DNA of 64,000 bases. It comes from Eledone cirrhosa. Its lineage: Eukaryota. The notes beneath the pieces were generated by a model, which did no database searches, was not told the origin of the DNA, and worked only from the letters and a program-made list of their open reading frames with translations. The stretch spans positions 60,822,001 through 60,886,000 of the forward strand of contig OZ024740.1 in assembly GCA_964016885.1 (NCBI GenBank), in the 5' to 3' direction. Positions 13,835-26,089 of this stretch are shown here, piece after piece; the stretch's first letter is position 1, and each line of letters opens with the position of its first letter. The position numbers were made by a program, and so were the translations under genes.

Positions 13835-14194
13835 TCAAATGTCACTAAAAGCCAGGTGGTCGATAACAACTTCTATAAGATTAGTTACATGCTCACACAT
13901 TGGATCACCTCTCATCAATGGCATTGGGTGTCTGAGATAATCGTGGAGATAACTGATGAAGTCACAAATGAAGTGATGGTCTTCCAGTGTGAACAACTCC
14001 CTATATCCATTGATATATGTGATGGCTTCCGATTCATAGGTGCATTTTATGAGGAATTCCATGCATCCGATTTTCAGTGATTCAATGGGCATTTTATCAG
14101 AGATGATAAGGTATTTGACCACGTTTTGCTTTGTAAGTAAATTGGAGAGAATCACTGCAGTCAAAGTCATTTCTTTGCATGGGTTTTTGTCCAT
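13835..14194 (-). CDS. 119-aa ORF resembling a BTB-associated BACK domain (SPOP C-terminal-like)
   Basis: ILSNLLTKQNVVKYLIISDKMPIESLKIGCMEFLIK follows the LxxxNVxxxLxxADxxxxxxLKxxCxxFI pattern. ORF intact. Possible 43-nt GT-AG intron at 14196-14238. AATAAA on the minus strand at 13744-13749. Confidence 0.5.
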   Translation of the reverse strand: MDKNPCKEMTLTAVILSNLLTKQNVVKYLIISDKMPIESLKIGCMEFLIKCTYESEAITYINGYRELFTLEDHHFICDFISYLHDYLRHPMPLMRGDPMCEHVTNLIEVVIDHLAFSDI

Positions 14195-14469
14195 TCTAAA
14201 AAGTTAAAATGATAAAGTATTACTACTATATAACTTACATCTATTGTTGTAACACCATTGAAATGCACAAGTTTCACCAATTCACTATTATGCACTAATC
14301 ATCTCAAATGCATTCATGATTTACTAGCTTTGTCATTAAGCCAGTTGCCTCAACTAGATTGCAATTATACTCAAAAGAACTTTAAAATGTCAATCACTTG
14401 TCAGTAATTCACTATGATCATTTAATTATTAGATAGTTGTTGCTTGCATTGCCTTAAAAAATAGTAGAT

Positions 14470-15423
14470 CAGATAGAAAAATGCGTACAGCAAAAAAAAA
14501 GTAATATTGTTGGAATATAAACCTTTAAAGATACAGGACAAGAAACTAAAATAAAACTTTAAAGAATTGGACAAGAAATAAAATATTTTACAATAATATT
14601 AGTGGCAAAATTTTTTTATTCGTTTCCTGTGCTATGCCCCAGTATTTTCTTGCTTAGTGCATAATAATTGTCATGCTCTCATTGTGCGTTGACCCTGAGC
14701 GGTTGGTTCTGGTTGGGGTTGGTTGGCTGAGCAGTTCTGCTCCGTCAGAATGACCATTGCAAGAAGAATTGGCCGATGCAGCTGCAGCTCTCCTCCAAGA
14801 ATGCACTTCTGGTCCCGTAACACCAGACGAAGATGGAGAAGACGACCGGGACAAGATGTCGACTGACAGCCGATTACAGCACCTCCCTCAACCACCGGTC
14901 CTCCCTCCCTCTGTCCCGCCATCCCTCCAGTCCTCCTGCTCCCCCTTCCTGTACCAGAAAGCTGTGGCACGCATTCATCTGGACTGCCGGACTTGAACTC
15001 AAGGACAAGATGCAAGGAGAAGATGGACGGGTTGGTCAAGATCAAGGATGAGCGGGACGACAAGACCGTCTGCTGCTTCTCAAGATCTGTGCTCATGGGC
15101 CCATGGGTCCATTCACATTATGCATGACACATGAGGCGTGTCGCCGAATGATGAAACATGGGTATGGTTATGGCCCAATTGGTGTTCAAACCAGGATCAA
15201 ATGATCCCCCCGGTCTGACGACGACCTCTGAATGTGGAACCCAGAGCCTATGAATGTGGAACTCGATTTTTTACCAATAAAAATTTTGCCACTAATATTA
15301 TTGTAAAATTTTTTATTTCTTGTCCAATTCTTTAAAGTTTTATTTTAGTTTCTTGTCCTGTATTTTTAAAGGTTTATATTCCAACAACATTACTTTTTTT
15401 TGCTGTACGCATTTTTCTATCTG
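14470..15423. repeat. ~150-bp inverted repeats (14470-14620 / 15276-15423) enclosing a GC-rich degenerate ORF region
   Basis: Arms are near-identical reverse complements (cagatagaaaaatgcgtacagc... / ...gctgtacgcatttttctatctg). Confidence 0.9.
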
Positions 15424-16092
15424 GTATATGAAGGGCGAAGAGGGCCAAACATATTAGTGTCTTCATTCCTCACATCATCATCATCATCATTTTACGTCTG
15501 CTTTTCCCTGCTTCCAAGGGTGGAACGGGTCCTATTCAGCACAGCATCTCTCCCCTTGTTACGGTCCTTTGTCATCTCCACCGTGAGCTTCAGCAATCTG
15601 AGGTCTGCTCTCACCACCTCCGCCCATGTTTTTCGTGGTCTTCCTCTATTGCGTCTTCCTTCTACTGGCATTTCTCAGTTATTGAATTCTCCTAGTAGCT
15701 CTCCTATACTAAATATTTTCACTAATACTGTCTTCTTAGATGTAACTCCTGTGGAACTTCCACTGCACATATGCTTCATCACTAAACAGAAAACATATGA
15801 TCAACTGATGAGATGGTAACTTATTTCAATTAATATCTTATTTTGATTAATATCAACAAATCACTGTTTAAACCCTTTCGATACCAACCCATCTTAAACT
15901 ATTTTGAAATTTTCCTATTTAAGTTAGGACCTCTTGCCCTCAGCTTTGATCTGACATGTGCCCACTTTGAAGTGATATGTGCTCACTTAGAATTACAAAT
16001 GTGTGAAAAGAGAAATATCTTGCAGTATTAAGCCCCTACTGGTATTTTGGTACTCCACTTGGTATTTTGTATCTCACAAAACTTATTAAATA

Positions 16093-16335
16093 CAAGGTGG
16101 TATCAAAAGGTTTCCAGACTAGTTCTGTAGCGCGCCAACAGGTGGCAACACATAGTTGCGCATGAAGTGAGAGCAAGCGGTGACCTTCATTCACTAGTGT
16201 CCTGAGTGACATTGCTATGTTCACTTCATAAATTGTTAAATTTGTGTTTTTGTGATCACATGTATGCTGTAGCCTGTGATTTTGTCATGAACAAAAAGTT
16301 GGAACAAATAGCCAACATGAAATTTAACATCCATG
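16093..16335 (+). mobile_element. Mariner 5' end fragment
   Basis: ta|caaggtggtatcaaaaggtttccagact TIR-like start and MNKKLEQIANMKF transposase N-terminus. Confidence 0.6.
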
Positions 16336-16447
16336 AGGTCAGCTGGCTTTGCTTGGAGATCCAGCCAGATCAACTGGAGTCGGTTGCTCTAACAGGACTC
16401 GATGGAAGGTATGCTTGAGAACTCTCCCTCCACAATCCTCCCAGAAA

Positions 16448-16497
16448 CAACAACAACAACAGCAGCAGCAGCAGCAACAACAACAACAACAACAACA

Positions 16498-16528
<31 letters not shown>

Positions 16529-16546
16529 CAACAACAACAACAACAA
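16448..16546. repeat. Compound (CAA)n/(CAG)n microsatellite
   Basis: About 33 triplets seen directly. Confidence 0.95.
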
Positions 16547-19500
16547 ACATTCCTAAAATACAGTTTTAAACAATGTAAAATATTTTTACTTAATATTTTG
16601 CCACATGTTTTATTTGAAACATCTGTTGTGGTGTGACAGACTAGCACTTATCTACCCTTATACGTAAAAGCTATAACATATTTCCCTGATATAAAAAGGA
16701 AATATTTAGATATTATAAGATGATACAAAAAAGGAATATCACTAGTTATTTTAAAATATCCTGCACTTCGAAACCACATAATTGCTTTCTTTATGACTAA
16801 ACATCTGCATACATTTGCCACACTAACTCAACTATATTCCAACTAGAATATCAAAGACTGTTGGAAAAATCAATGATGTTTTTAAAATGTAAATTCTGAG
16901 TTGAAAATTCTCAAACATAATTTATTACAAGTTTATTTAAGATATGTTTTTCTCTTTTATCTTGATTATTTGTTTAACTTCTATGTATGACTAGTTATTA
17001 AAAATTTTACTGAAGAAGAAGAAAGTTAATTATTTTTTTATATATATATATAATGCCAAAAAAAAAAAAATTCTCAAAAATCTCTATTTTATATCTTTAT
17101 CAATATGTGCTACTTAAAAAACCTGATAAAATTACAGCTTGTTATTTTCGTGCAGGTGCTAGGAATGGGGATAAAATACTCTATAAACTCAAATTGATAT
17201 CAAATCATATCACTCCACTTGTTTACAACTCAATGATTTACAGGTTTCAGAATCTGTGACATTAATGTTTGGGTGTATTTTCTCTATTTTTTTCCTATTT
17301 TGCTGTACTACCACGAGAATGATCAATGAGTACATGTGTGCATGTGTGTATGTGTGTGTATGAATACCGGTGTGAAAATATGTGTGTGTGTTTGTGTATG
17401 AATGTGTGAGAGCATGTACATATGCCCGTGTGTGTGCATGTATATGTGTTTCTGCTTGAATATATATGTGTGTATTAGCACTATAGGAAGAAGGTTAACA
17501 TCAATCCTGCCCTTGGGTGTCTTTAGTGGATTCCACTTTGTTGCAAGCATTTGGATCTGAGAATAATGTGACATCATGATGTGCTACTGCCTACTGTTGC
17601 AATCCATGAATTTGGGTTCCCTACCTCCTTTCCACATCACTACTCATCACAGAAGCCCTGCAATCAGATAATGACTGTTGCCATTTCACCTCCTACTTAA
17701 TCCATAAAAAAATATATTAACAACAACAACAGCAGCATCAGCAACAACAACAATGACAGCAACAATAATATGATAAAAAATGTTTTTAAGTACATTGTCA
17801 ATCTGCTAATGGCCTGATGGTTCTAGGAGTGTCTTGGAGTCATTAGTTCTTACATAGGGAATATGTTTAATTCTTTAATTTGTTTTAGCTATTTTGGCTA
17901 AGGTCATGCTGGAGCAACACTTTGAAGAAAAATGTATTCAATAATAAAATGTATTCATCCTTTTTTTATATGAACCTGCCCAAAACCTGCTCTGGTTGTT
18001 TGAAACAAACCACCTATTTTAAAAGGTTTATATTTAAATTAGAATCTTTCAACATAATTCTATATAAGAACCATATGTTAAGTTGTTATATTAGTAATGA
18101 AATAATTGTTTCTACTTTGGGCATAAGGCCAGCAATTACCCAGTACATTACTCGTACTTTATTTTATCGACCCCGTAAGGATGAAAGGCAAAGTTAACCT
18201 CGGTGGGATTTGACCAAAAAGGGCCGTAACTCTTTGCTGCAAAGCTTGGCGTCCGACCCTCTACTGATACAACCAATCCACCAATGAATAGTTCTAGCAA
18301 TTTCCTTACAATTCTTCATTTATTAATTGAAATAGAGTGTATATAATAAGAAATATGGTTATGAAAGAGTTGTGTCTTTTCTCTAAAACAAATTCAGCAC
18401 TTAAAATCTAATAGAACATGTTCTTTTATTGGTTCCAGTAATTGGACAGCTGCTCTGCTGGGGCACTGTATATGTAGACTTTTTTCAGCTGATCATATCA
18501 ACCCCAGTCCATATTTCAGTCTCATACTTATTTTACTGATCAAGTCACATTTTTAACATAAAGGGAAGCAACCTGACAACAGTTCATACCAGTAAAAACA
18601 ACTACAGATAAATGCACATATCATCATCATCAGTTTATGTTTGCTTAGATAGGCCACAGAACCATGGCTTGCTTGAATGTTCCATTTTTGGCATACCTTC
18701 TATGGTTATATGCCTTTCCTAATATCAAACACTTTACAGAGTGTATTGGGTGCATTTTATTGTTGCATCAGCATTAGAGGTTGTTATGGCTTTCAGTTAA
18801 CTAAAAGCTTTTTACTATATGTTACCTCTGCTCAATTGTCAATTTACAGACTGCACTAGGTGCATTTTATCATGGTACCAACACTAGTGAAGCAGTTTTG
18901 ACCACTGCAAGGCTTCTCCTCTCAATGCAGTTCCTGTCCTATCAAGGCAAATGAGACAGAGAATGTAATTTGAAGGGGAGTGATGACCAAGAGCTGAAAG
19001 AAGAGAGCATGATTTAAGTGAGAAGGAAGGTAATAAAATGATAGCATGATGGTAAGAGGGATGACTGTGGTAGCTACATACTGGTTGTTGGTAGTGAATA
19101 AGAGGTTAAGTAGAAAAACAACATGAGCAATATGAAGGATTGTGTCATGATAGAAGAGAATGAGTGATGAGTAAGTGGTACAGGGAAGAAAGGAGACATC
19201 ACCAATGAAACTCATGCGGGAGAGAGTATGATGCTTAGAAGTAGAGGGTCGTGATATTGAATATGAATGTAAGTAATGGATATTATCAGATATGAGTGAA
19301 GATAAGTGGTAGTGGTAAATATATGCTGGTTGTTGATCGTAGGGTGTGATATGAGGAGACTTTCGCATCTATCTCTAGCAGGTCCAGCAACCAAATTAAC
19401 CTTTTTATTACCATTTGGTGGGATTTACTAAAATTAATAATTATTTCATTAAGATGGTATTTGTAACAAAGTAACAAAATGTTCATATATCAAATTATGT

Positions 19501-22274
19501 TTGATTATTTTAATCTAAATAAGAACCCTTTCAAATGGGTGGTTTATTTCATAGAACTAGGGGCAGTTTTGGGTGGGTTGGCATCAAATGACTTTTTCAT
19601 TGGCTTGAATATGTATCATATGTTTATATATGGCATAGGTGTTTTGTTGTATCTTTAAAAGGACAATTCTATATTATTTCTCTTTACCTAGTTGGTAGAC
19701 TTGATCTGAAGATCTATTTAACAACACCTTAATTACCCAGTCATTTCTCCTTTTCTGGCTTGGAGAGATGAATATTTCTCAGCGGCATGCAGAGCTCTGG
19801 TGATGCCCGGGGGCAAATCTTGATTGTATGCCCCAAAGACTCAAGTATAAGGCCTAATATACTGAGAAATATTATGAGAAAGGAAAACATTTTGAATATA
19901 TAAATACAGGTGAAACATGAAATAAATGCTTTATTCGATTTTAATATAAATCAATCAAATTTATTAAGTTCTTTTCCCCAAATGATGTCCCCCATCCAAA
20001 TGATGCCTGGGGCCAATGTAAATATATAATTTTAATCTCATTCTGACAAGTAAAGACAAGTATGGGTGGCAACTTTGAATATGCTTTGTTCTTATGAGAC
20101 CTTCTAAGTGAAGCAAATAAAACCTTCTCTGGGAATTAATTATGTCTGAAAAGATGGGATGGTCATAGCTAGAATGCCTTTAAACATAGGGCTATACTCA
20201 ATGAGGGCTCAGATGGGATAAACAACATCTTGAGAATATAACGCACAAGATAAACCATTATCATCACAGTTTAACGTCCATTTTTCCACGCTAGCATGGG
20301 TTAGACGAGTTGTCCTGTTGTAAGAAATGCTGGGTCATGTCTTGCTCATACAGAACTGATTTTGGCTTGGTTTCTACAACTGGATGCCCTTCCTAACGCC
20401 AAACTCATATACAATGTTCACTGGGTGCTTTTTATTGTGACACCTATACAACCACTTTGCAGTGTGGGATGGTTGTTTTTTGTTTTGTTGCCATCACGGC
20501 CTCTTTACAGTGTGGGCTGGGGACTTTGGTGGGAGAAGTGTGGGGGGATTGAGGAGGGGCAGAGTTTTAGGACATGTGAGGTAATAGAAGGGGGAGGGGC
20601 ACACTAGATGTATGCTTCATCCTGTGTTCATGGGAAGGTGAGCCTTCTGTATTACTGCATACCGCCAGAGATCTCAGTCTTTTGTCATCGCCTTTGAGAG
20701 GTTCAGTAGGGAAAGGTCAGCTTTTATTACATCATCCCAAGTCTTCCTGGGTCTTCCCATTCCATAGCTTCCATCAACTTTCACTGCTCTCTACCTTATT
20801 ATACAGCTGTCATCCTTCATACACATCACGTGTCCATACTAACACAATCTCCTCTCCTGCAACACTACATCTGATCCCTCTTATGCCTAGTTTCTCTCTC
20901 AGTTTGTTTATGCTTTGCCTTTCACATATATTACTGTAACACATCCATCGGAGCATGCTAGCTTCATTTCTTTCTAATCTTCACAAGTCTTCTGCACACA
21001 GTTCCCAGGTCTCACTACCATGCAATATTGTTCATATGCATGCATCATACAGTCTGTCTTTCATTTTGAGGGAAAAGTTTTTTGCAGCTAGTAGTGGTAT
21101 TAGCTCACCGAACATTTTCCATCCCGTTCTCACTCTGACTACTGTACTTTCGGAACACCCACCTCCGCTGCTAATTTAGTCACCCAGTATCATAATGGCA
21201 GAAGAAAATAAGCTATATCACCAAGTTAGTAAGTCTATAGAAGACAATAGTAAAAGGTTTTGTGGTAGTAAGTGATAAGAAAATAGATTGAGATGTATGG
21301 GGGGGGGGGGGAATATGTTTGAAAACAAAAGTTGAGAATAATCTTCAAACATTATTATTATTATCAAAGATGGATTTTAAAGCTGTAGTGATTTTAGAAA
21401 TTAAAATAAATGATATAAGAGATTCATTATATCTTTGATGAAGCAAATAAAAACAAAATAATATTAAATATACAAGAGAGGACTGAAGAAATTGTACAAG
21501 ACAAAGAGAACATAAAGTACCAATCTTATTGATTTAAGTAACAATGACATCTTTTTTTCAGTAATACAAATATTCATTGCTTTGGGGAAAATATCAATAA
21601 GCAATAAACCAATACTTTCTTAGTACTTCATTACCATAAATTTTATAGGATATTTATTTTCAATATATATTCTTGATAAATCAGCCATAAAATACATTGT
21701 TTTTTTTATATGACTCCATTTCTAAGTCAAGCTCTTTACAAAGAAGTCATTTTCGTATAAATCTTCCTTAAACAGCGAATTATATTTTCTAAAACGTATC
21801 ACTGAGGTGATGACTTGAGTTAGAAATTAAGTTTTTAGATATCTACTTTCAATGTTATCCAAGAATTGTTGCATTGCTAGAAATATGAGATGTTATGAAA
21901 GCAATTTCATAAAATATGATGAAAGAAGAAGAAGAAGAAGAAGAAGAAGAAGAAGAATGCGATGATAATGATGATGATAGGTGAAAGCTACAATATTGTT
22001 AAAGCAAGTCTCTAATTATATTTTGTTTCTTGCCATATGTTTTGCTGATAATAACAGTTATCTCTGTACTTCATCAGTACTCAATAATCTGAACCTATGT
22101 AATATTGGATGATATAACAAGATTAGTAAAATAGCTATTGGTGTCAATTCCATGTTAACGAGAGGTTGACTTCGAAAATATATAGTTACTGAATTGGATA
22201 GTGCAATATAACATTACTAGTGATCCTTCCTATTATATCAATAAACTTAAAAGACAACATATATATATAGATTT

Positions 22275-22470
22275 AGTTATGTAATAAACAACATAAGACA
22301 ATTATTCCATTTACCAAAGGTTTCACGAAGACAGTATAGATATATCTTACGTCCATATTAAATAAAATTTCATTCTGATGAGCGATTTCAGACGTCTGTG
22401 TCAAGCTTGTCTGTCTTCGTGAAACCTTTGGTAAATGGAATAATTGTCTTATGTTGTTTATTACATAACT
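22275..22470. repeat. Perfect 60-bp inverted repeat (22275-22334 / 22411-22470) overlapping the HHR; probable PLE pLTR fold-back
   Basis: Arms are exact reverse complements. (TA)n tracts lie at 22259-22269 and 22533-22550. Confidence 0.9.
22368..22440 (+). ncRNA. Type I hammerhead ribozyme with intact core
   Basis: Stem I tttcatt/aatggaa; CTGATGA 22375-22381; stem II gcga/tcgt with internal cagac/gtctg; GAAA 22421-22424; stem III acc-ttt-ggt; GUA cleavage triplet ending at 22433. Confidence 0.8.
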
Positions 22471-22550
22471 GAATAGCTCTGTAGCTTACATAGAGCACTC
22501 TCCTTTCCTTTACTCTTCCTACATAAATACTTTATATATATATATATATA

Positions 22551-22669
22551 GGGAAAGAGTCGGGACCCTGACAGCTGAGCTCTGGCTGTTTCGACAGCTA
22601 GATCTTAATAGTTTGGATCTAACTGTCAAAACGGCTGGAGCTCAGCCGTCGGGGTCCTGACTCTTTTCC
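22551..22669. repeat. 55-bp-arm hairpin made of two inverted copies of an HHR 3' half
   Basis: Arms 22551-22605 / 22615-22669 with 10 transitions and no indels. The minus-strand arm reads GAAA-cagc-cagagctca-gctg-TC. Confidence 0.8.
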
Positions 22670-23591
22670 TATTACCCACTCTACTACCCTAAGTATCAAG
22701 TAATCTGGTGCGTTATGGTCCACCTAGTTCCTTACCATACTTTCTTCGTTTATATATAAACCCCCTCTGCCAGTCACTTTCTCTGTTAGCCTCTTCCTCA
22801 CACTTTCACTCACTCACTCTCTGCTACTCCCTCTCCTACTTCCTCCCGTTTGATCTGTGTGAAATTCTTTCCTCACTCACATTTCGACCAAGTTGGATGG
22901 TCTTTATTCTCTCTCGTCTACGATTTCACAGAACTTATGTTCATCGATTTCAGGGACTTGACTCCTTCTTCCTCACTTTTCGTTGCATTACCATCTTTGT
23001 TTGTTTACTGTCTCGCTCGTTCCCCCCATCTACATGTCCCAACAACTTTCTTTAGTCGTTGCTAGCACCAACCAGAGGTATATGGTCTTTAAAGCGATGA
23101 AATACCAATGAAGGCTGGAAGATCACTGATGAAGGACTAAATTTATTCATATATATATATATATATATAATTACATATTTATACATTGAAAAACCTTTTA
23201 AATATACATATTTGAAGCTAATTGTTTTGTTTCTTTAAAAAATATTAATAACATTTATCTTCTTAATGTATTTTAACATTCTGATTTCTGTTTGTATTTT
23301 CTATTGAGTTTATGACCAAAACATAAAGGCTAGCCACATCATTCTATGTCTGCATGATCTAGCATCATTTTATATGAAGTTTAATATTCTATCATGTACT
23401 TTGGATACTGGCATGGCTGTGTGGTTAAAAAGTGTGCTTCACAACCCTTTGACCCTGGGTTCAATTCCACTATGCAGCACATAAAGTATCATCTCTCATA
23501 GCTTTAGATATCTAAACTTCCATCAACTCTATCACAAAGAAAGACATAGCTACATTGAACATCAGTAGACCCTCCATTAGTATGTCATTAA

Positions 23592-23968
23592 GGCGGTGGA
23601 TTAGCGGAATCGGTAGAGCGTTAGACAATATGCTTTGAGGCATATAGTTACAACCCTTTACGATTTAAGTTCAAATCCACCTGACGGGTTGATAAAATAA
23701 AGTACCAGTCATGCACTGGGGTCGATTTCATTGACTTTCCACTCAACCAAAACTGTTGGCCTTGTACCTTAATCAGAAACCATTGGCAGTATCAGTAGAG
23801 CGTCAGACACAATGCTCTACAGCATAGAGTTATGGCCCTTTACGTTCTGAGTTCAAATTCCGCTGGGGATTAACTTTGCCTTTCATCCTTATGGGGTCGA
23901 TAAAATAAAGTACCAGTAACGTACTGGGATAATTGCTGGTCTTGTGCCAAAAGTAGAAACAATTATTA
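23592..23968 (+). mobile_element. Tandem pair of the dominant SINE
   Basis: Same head, core and tail motifs. Confidence 0.8.
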
Positions 23969-26089
23969 CTATGACATCAGTCTCCAAATTCCTTTTCAAG
24001 ATCAACAAGAAACAATTGAGTGACATTTGTGCCAAGATAATAAAGGAAAACGGCAAAGACAAGCTCATTCAAAAATAAGCATCTACTTAACATAAGACTA
24101 TGTTTTTATGAAAGATCTCTATGTTGCTTGATCTAGCATTGGAAAGAAAAACAGCTTTAGACTTGTTTCAGCAAAGAATGTTAATTTTGATAGTAAGATA
24201 TTTAAAAAACGACTGTATTTATGAAGCAACTCAATAAATGTTTTGCTAACTTTTGTTTATTTGTTTTTCTCCCAATTATTATTATGTCTGTTTTTGTTTT
24301 TTTCAGCATTTTCTTCTTTTTCCAAGCTACGTCTCACAACTTTAAGTATCTAGCACCATTCTTATAGTTTGTGCTATTCTAAGTAAACAAGCTTTCTATA
24401 GAGTAAAAAGTAAACAAAATTACTTCGCTATCTAGCATCTTCAATCAACCATTGCTCCTAAGGCTCCTGTTACAATCGGGATAACAACTGTATTGTAATT
24501 CCAATATTATTGTTATTATTATTCACATCATTATCATTATTTCAGGTTTCTATAAAATATTTCCATTATTTCTCAAACCACCCAAACGATAATGTATTTA
24601 GGAATTTAAGATTACTGTTTGTGTGTCTAGAAAATATTCTGAATGATAGAAAATAACATTAGTACAATTCAGTAAAAAATTTCTGACAAGAGTCACAACA
24701 CACGTATTGTTACAACTCCCTTCTCAATGATTGAACTTATTTCTGTTATTCATATTACTTCAAATCAATATAATTACAAGTTTCTAGCAAATAAACCTTC
24801 CTTCCAGGGATAAGATATCTACTGCTAATCATTTATCTAACAATATATATAGGCAATATTATGATATAACATTTAATCACATCAAACCAAATTCTTAAGA
24901 GAATATTGAAAAGTGTTAATCAAATAAAATAATATATTTCATAAAGATATTAATTATACAAAATGTCTCGCATTCTTTCAGATTTTTAGATTTGATATTT
25001 AAATCTTCAGATATATATTTAAATGAAATTCTAATCATTGCATAAGTGTGCTTTATTTATAAATATATATATATATATAAAAAAAATATATATATATATA
25101 TGTATAAATATATGTGTGTGTGTGTGTATAACAAAGAAAGTGTGGTAAGATACCAGGTGGACCATAACGTACAAGAGTACTCGATACTTAGGGTAGTAGA
25201 GTGGTGTATATATATATGTGTGGGGGAGGGTGAGAGCGTGAGTACATTAATATATATACATTTATTTAGCTTGCATTAACCAGGGATTAAATTTTGTATT
25301 CAGTTCTCAGATGTATTGTATAAAAAAAACTTGACTGTGCTGGTACAGATATGTGATGAATGCGGAAGATGATATTTGGGTGCAGAGGGGTCGAGTGATC
25401 CAAGGTGAAGGGAGCTGATCAAGGGGAAAAGTTGTGAAAATATATTTCAAGAGGCTAAATGCAATGAAGGAGACAACAAAGGATTCAATATAAGTACAGA
25501 GACACTTCCATAGAAAATCCATCCAACAGAAGGTTTTCAAAACAAATAGCAGACCGTCTGATTTATTTTTTATTTTTGCATTCGTATAAAAAATATGAAT
25601 CATGCATATGAACAAAGAAACTTTGCAACTATAGCTATCCAGCTATGATAATCGCATCTGTTAACCACTAACTTGACTAAAACATAAATTGTACTAAATG
25701 TTATTCTAGTAGGCACCTCTTAAACACTATAACCCGCACCCCTACACCACCCTCCTACTTCTGCTCACACCACCCTTACTCTGTAAAGTTATGTTGGTAT
25801 CACAAACACATCCAGCCTAGACTATAAAGTGGTAGGGTAAGTATCACGACAAAAAGCACCCAGCCCACACTGTAAAGTGGTCATGTCAGTGTCACGGCAA
25901 AGAGCACCCAGTACAAACAGTAAATGTGGTTGCCGTTAGGAAGGGCATCCAGCCGTAGAAATCTAGCCAGAAACAGTCCTATATGAGCAAAGCACGGTCA
26001 CCCGAACCAACTTGCCTCTAATGGGACAAACCCATCTAACCCATGCTAGCGTGGAAAATAGACGTTAAATGATGATGATGATTGCTTCA

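Larger units (their letters stand above)
11867..15464 (+). mobile_element. Helentron (Helitron2/DINE-1)-like non-autonomous element carrying gene cargo
   Basis: 5' cttcttcacccatc followed by a perfect 10-bp hairpin (ctaaacggac-ggta-gtccgtttag, 11881-11904) and a tattgtt...gtttgtttac tract. Imperfect inverted match gaagggcgaagag at 15430-15442 followed by a weak hairpin. CpG-rich compared with the flanks. Confidence 0.5.

Noticed and set aside
16339-16647. PolyQ / polyC ORFs
   Set aside because: These come from a CAA/CAG microsatellite between repeat fragments, with no supporting splice sites or protein context.
22551-22669. Pre-miRNA
   Set aside because: The stem is longer than typical and is better explained as an inverted HHR/pLTR fragment. 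No expression data are available.
24430-24495. Possible host exon (TVVIPIVTGALGAM, minus strand)
   Set aside because: It resembles the C-terminus of a restriction-like-endonuclease retrotransposon rather than a spliced exon.
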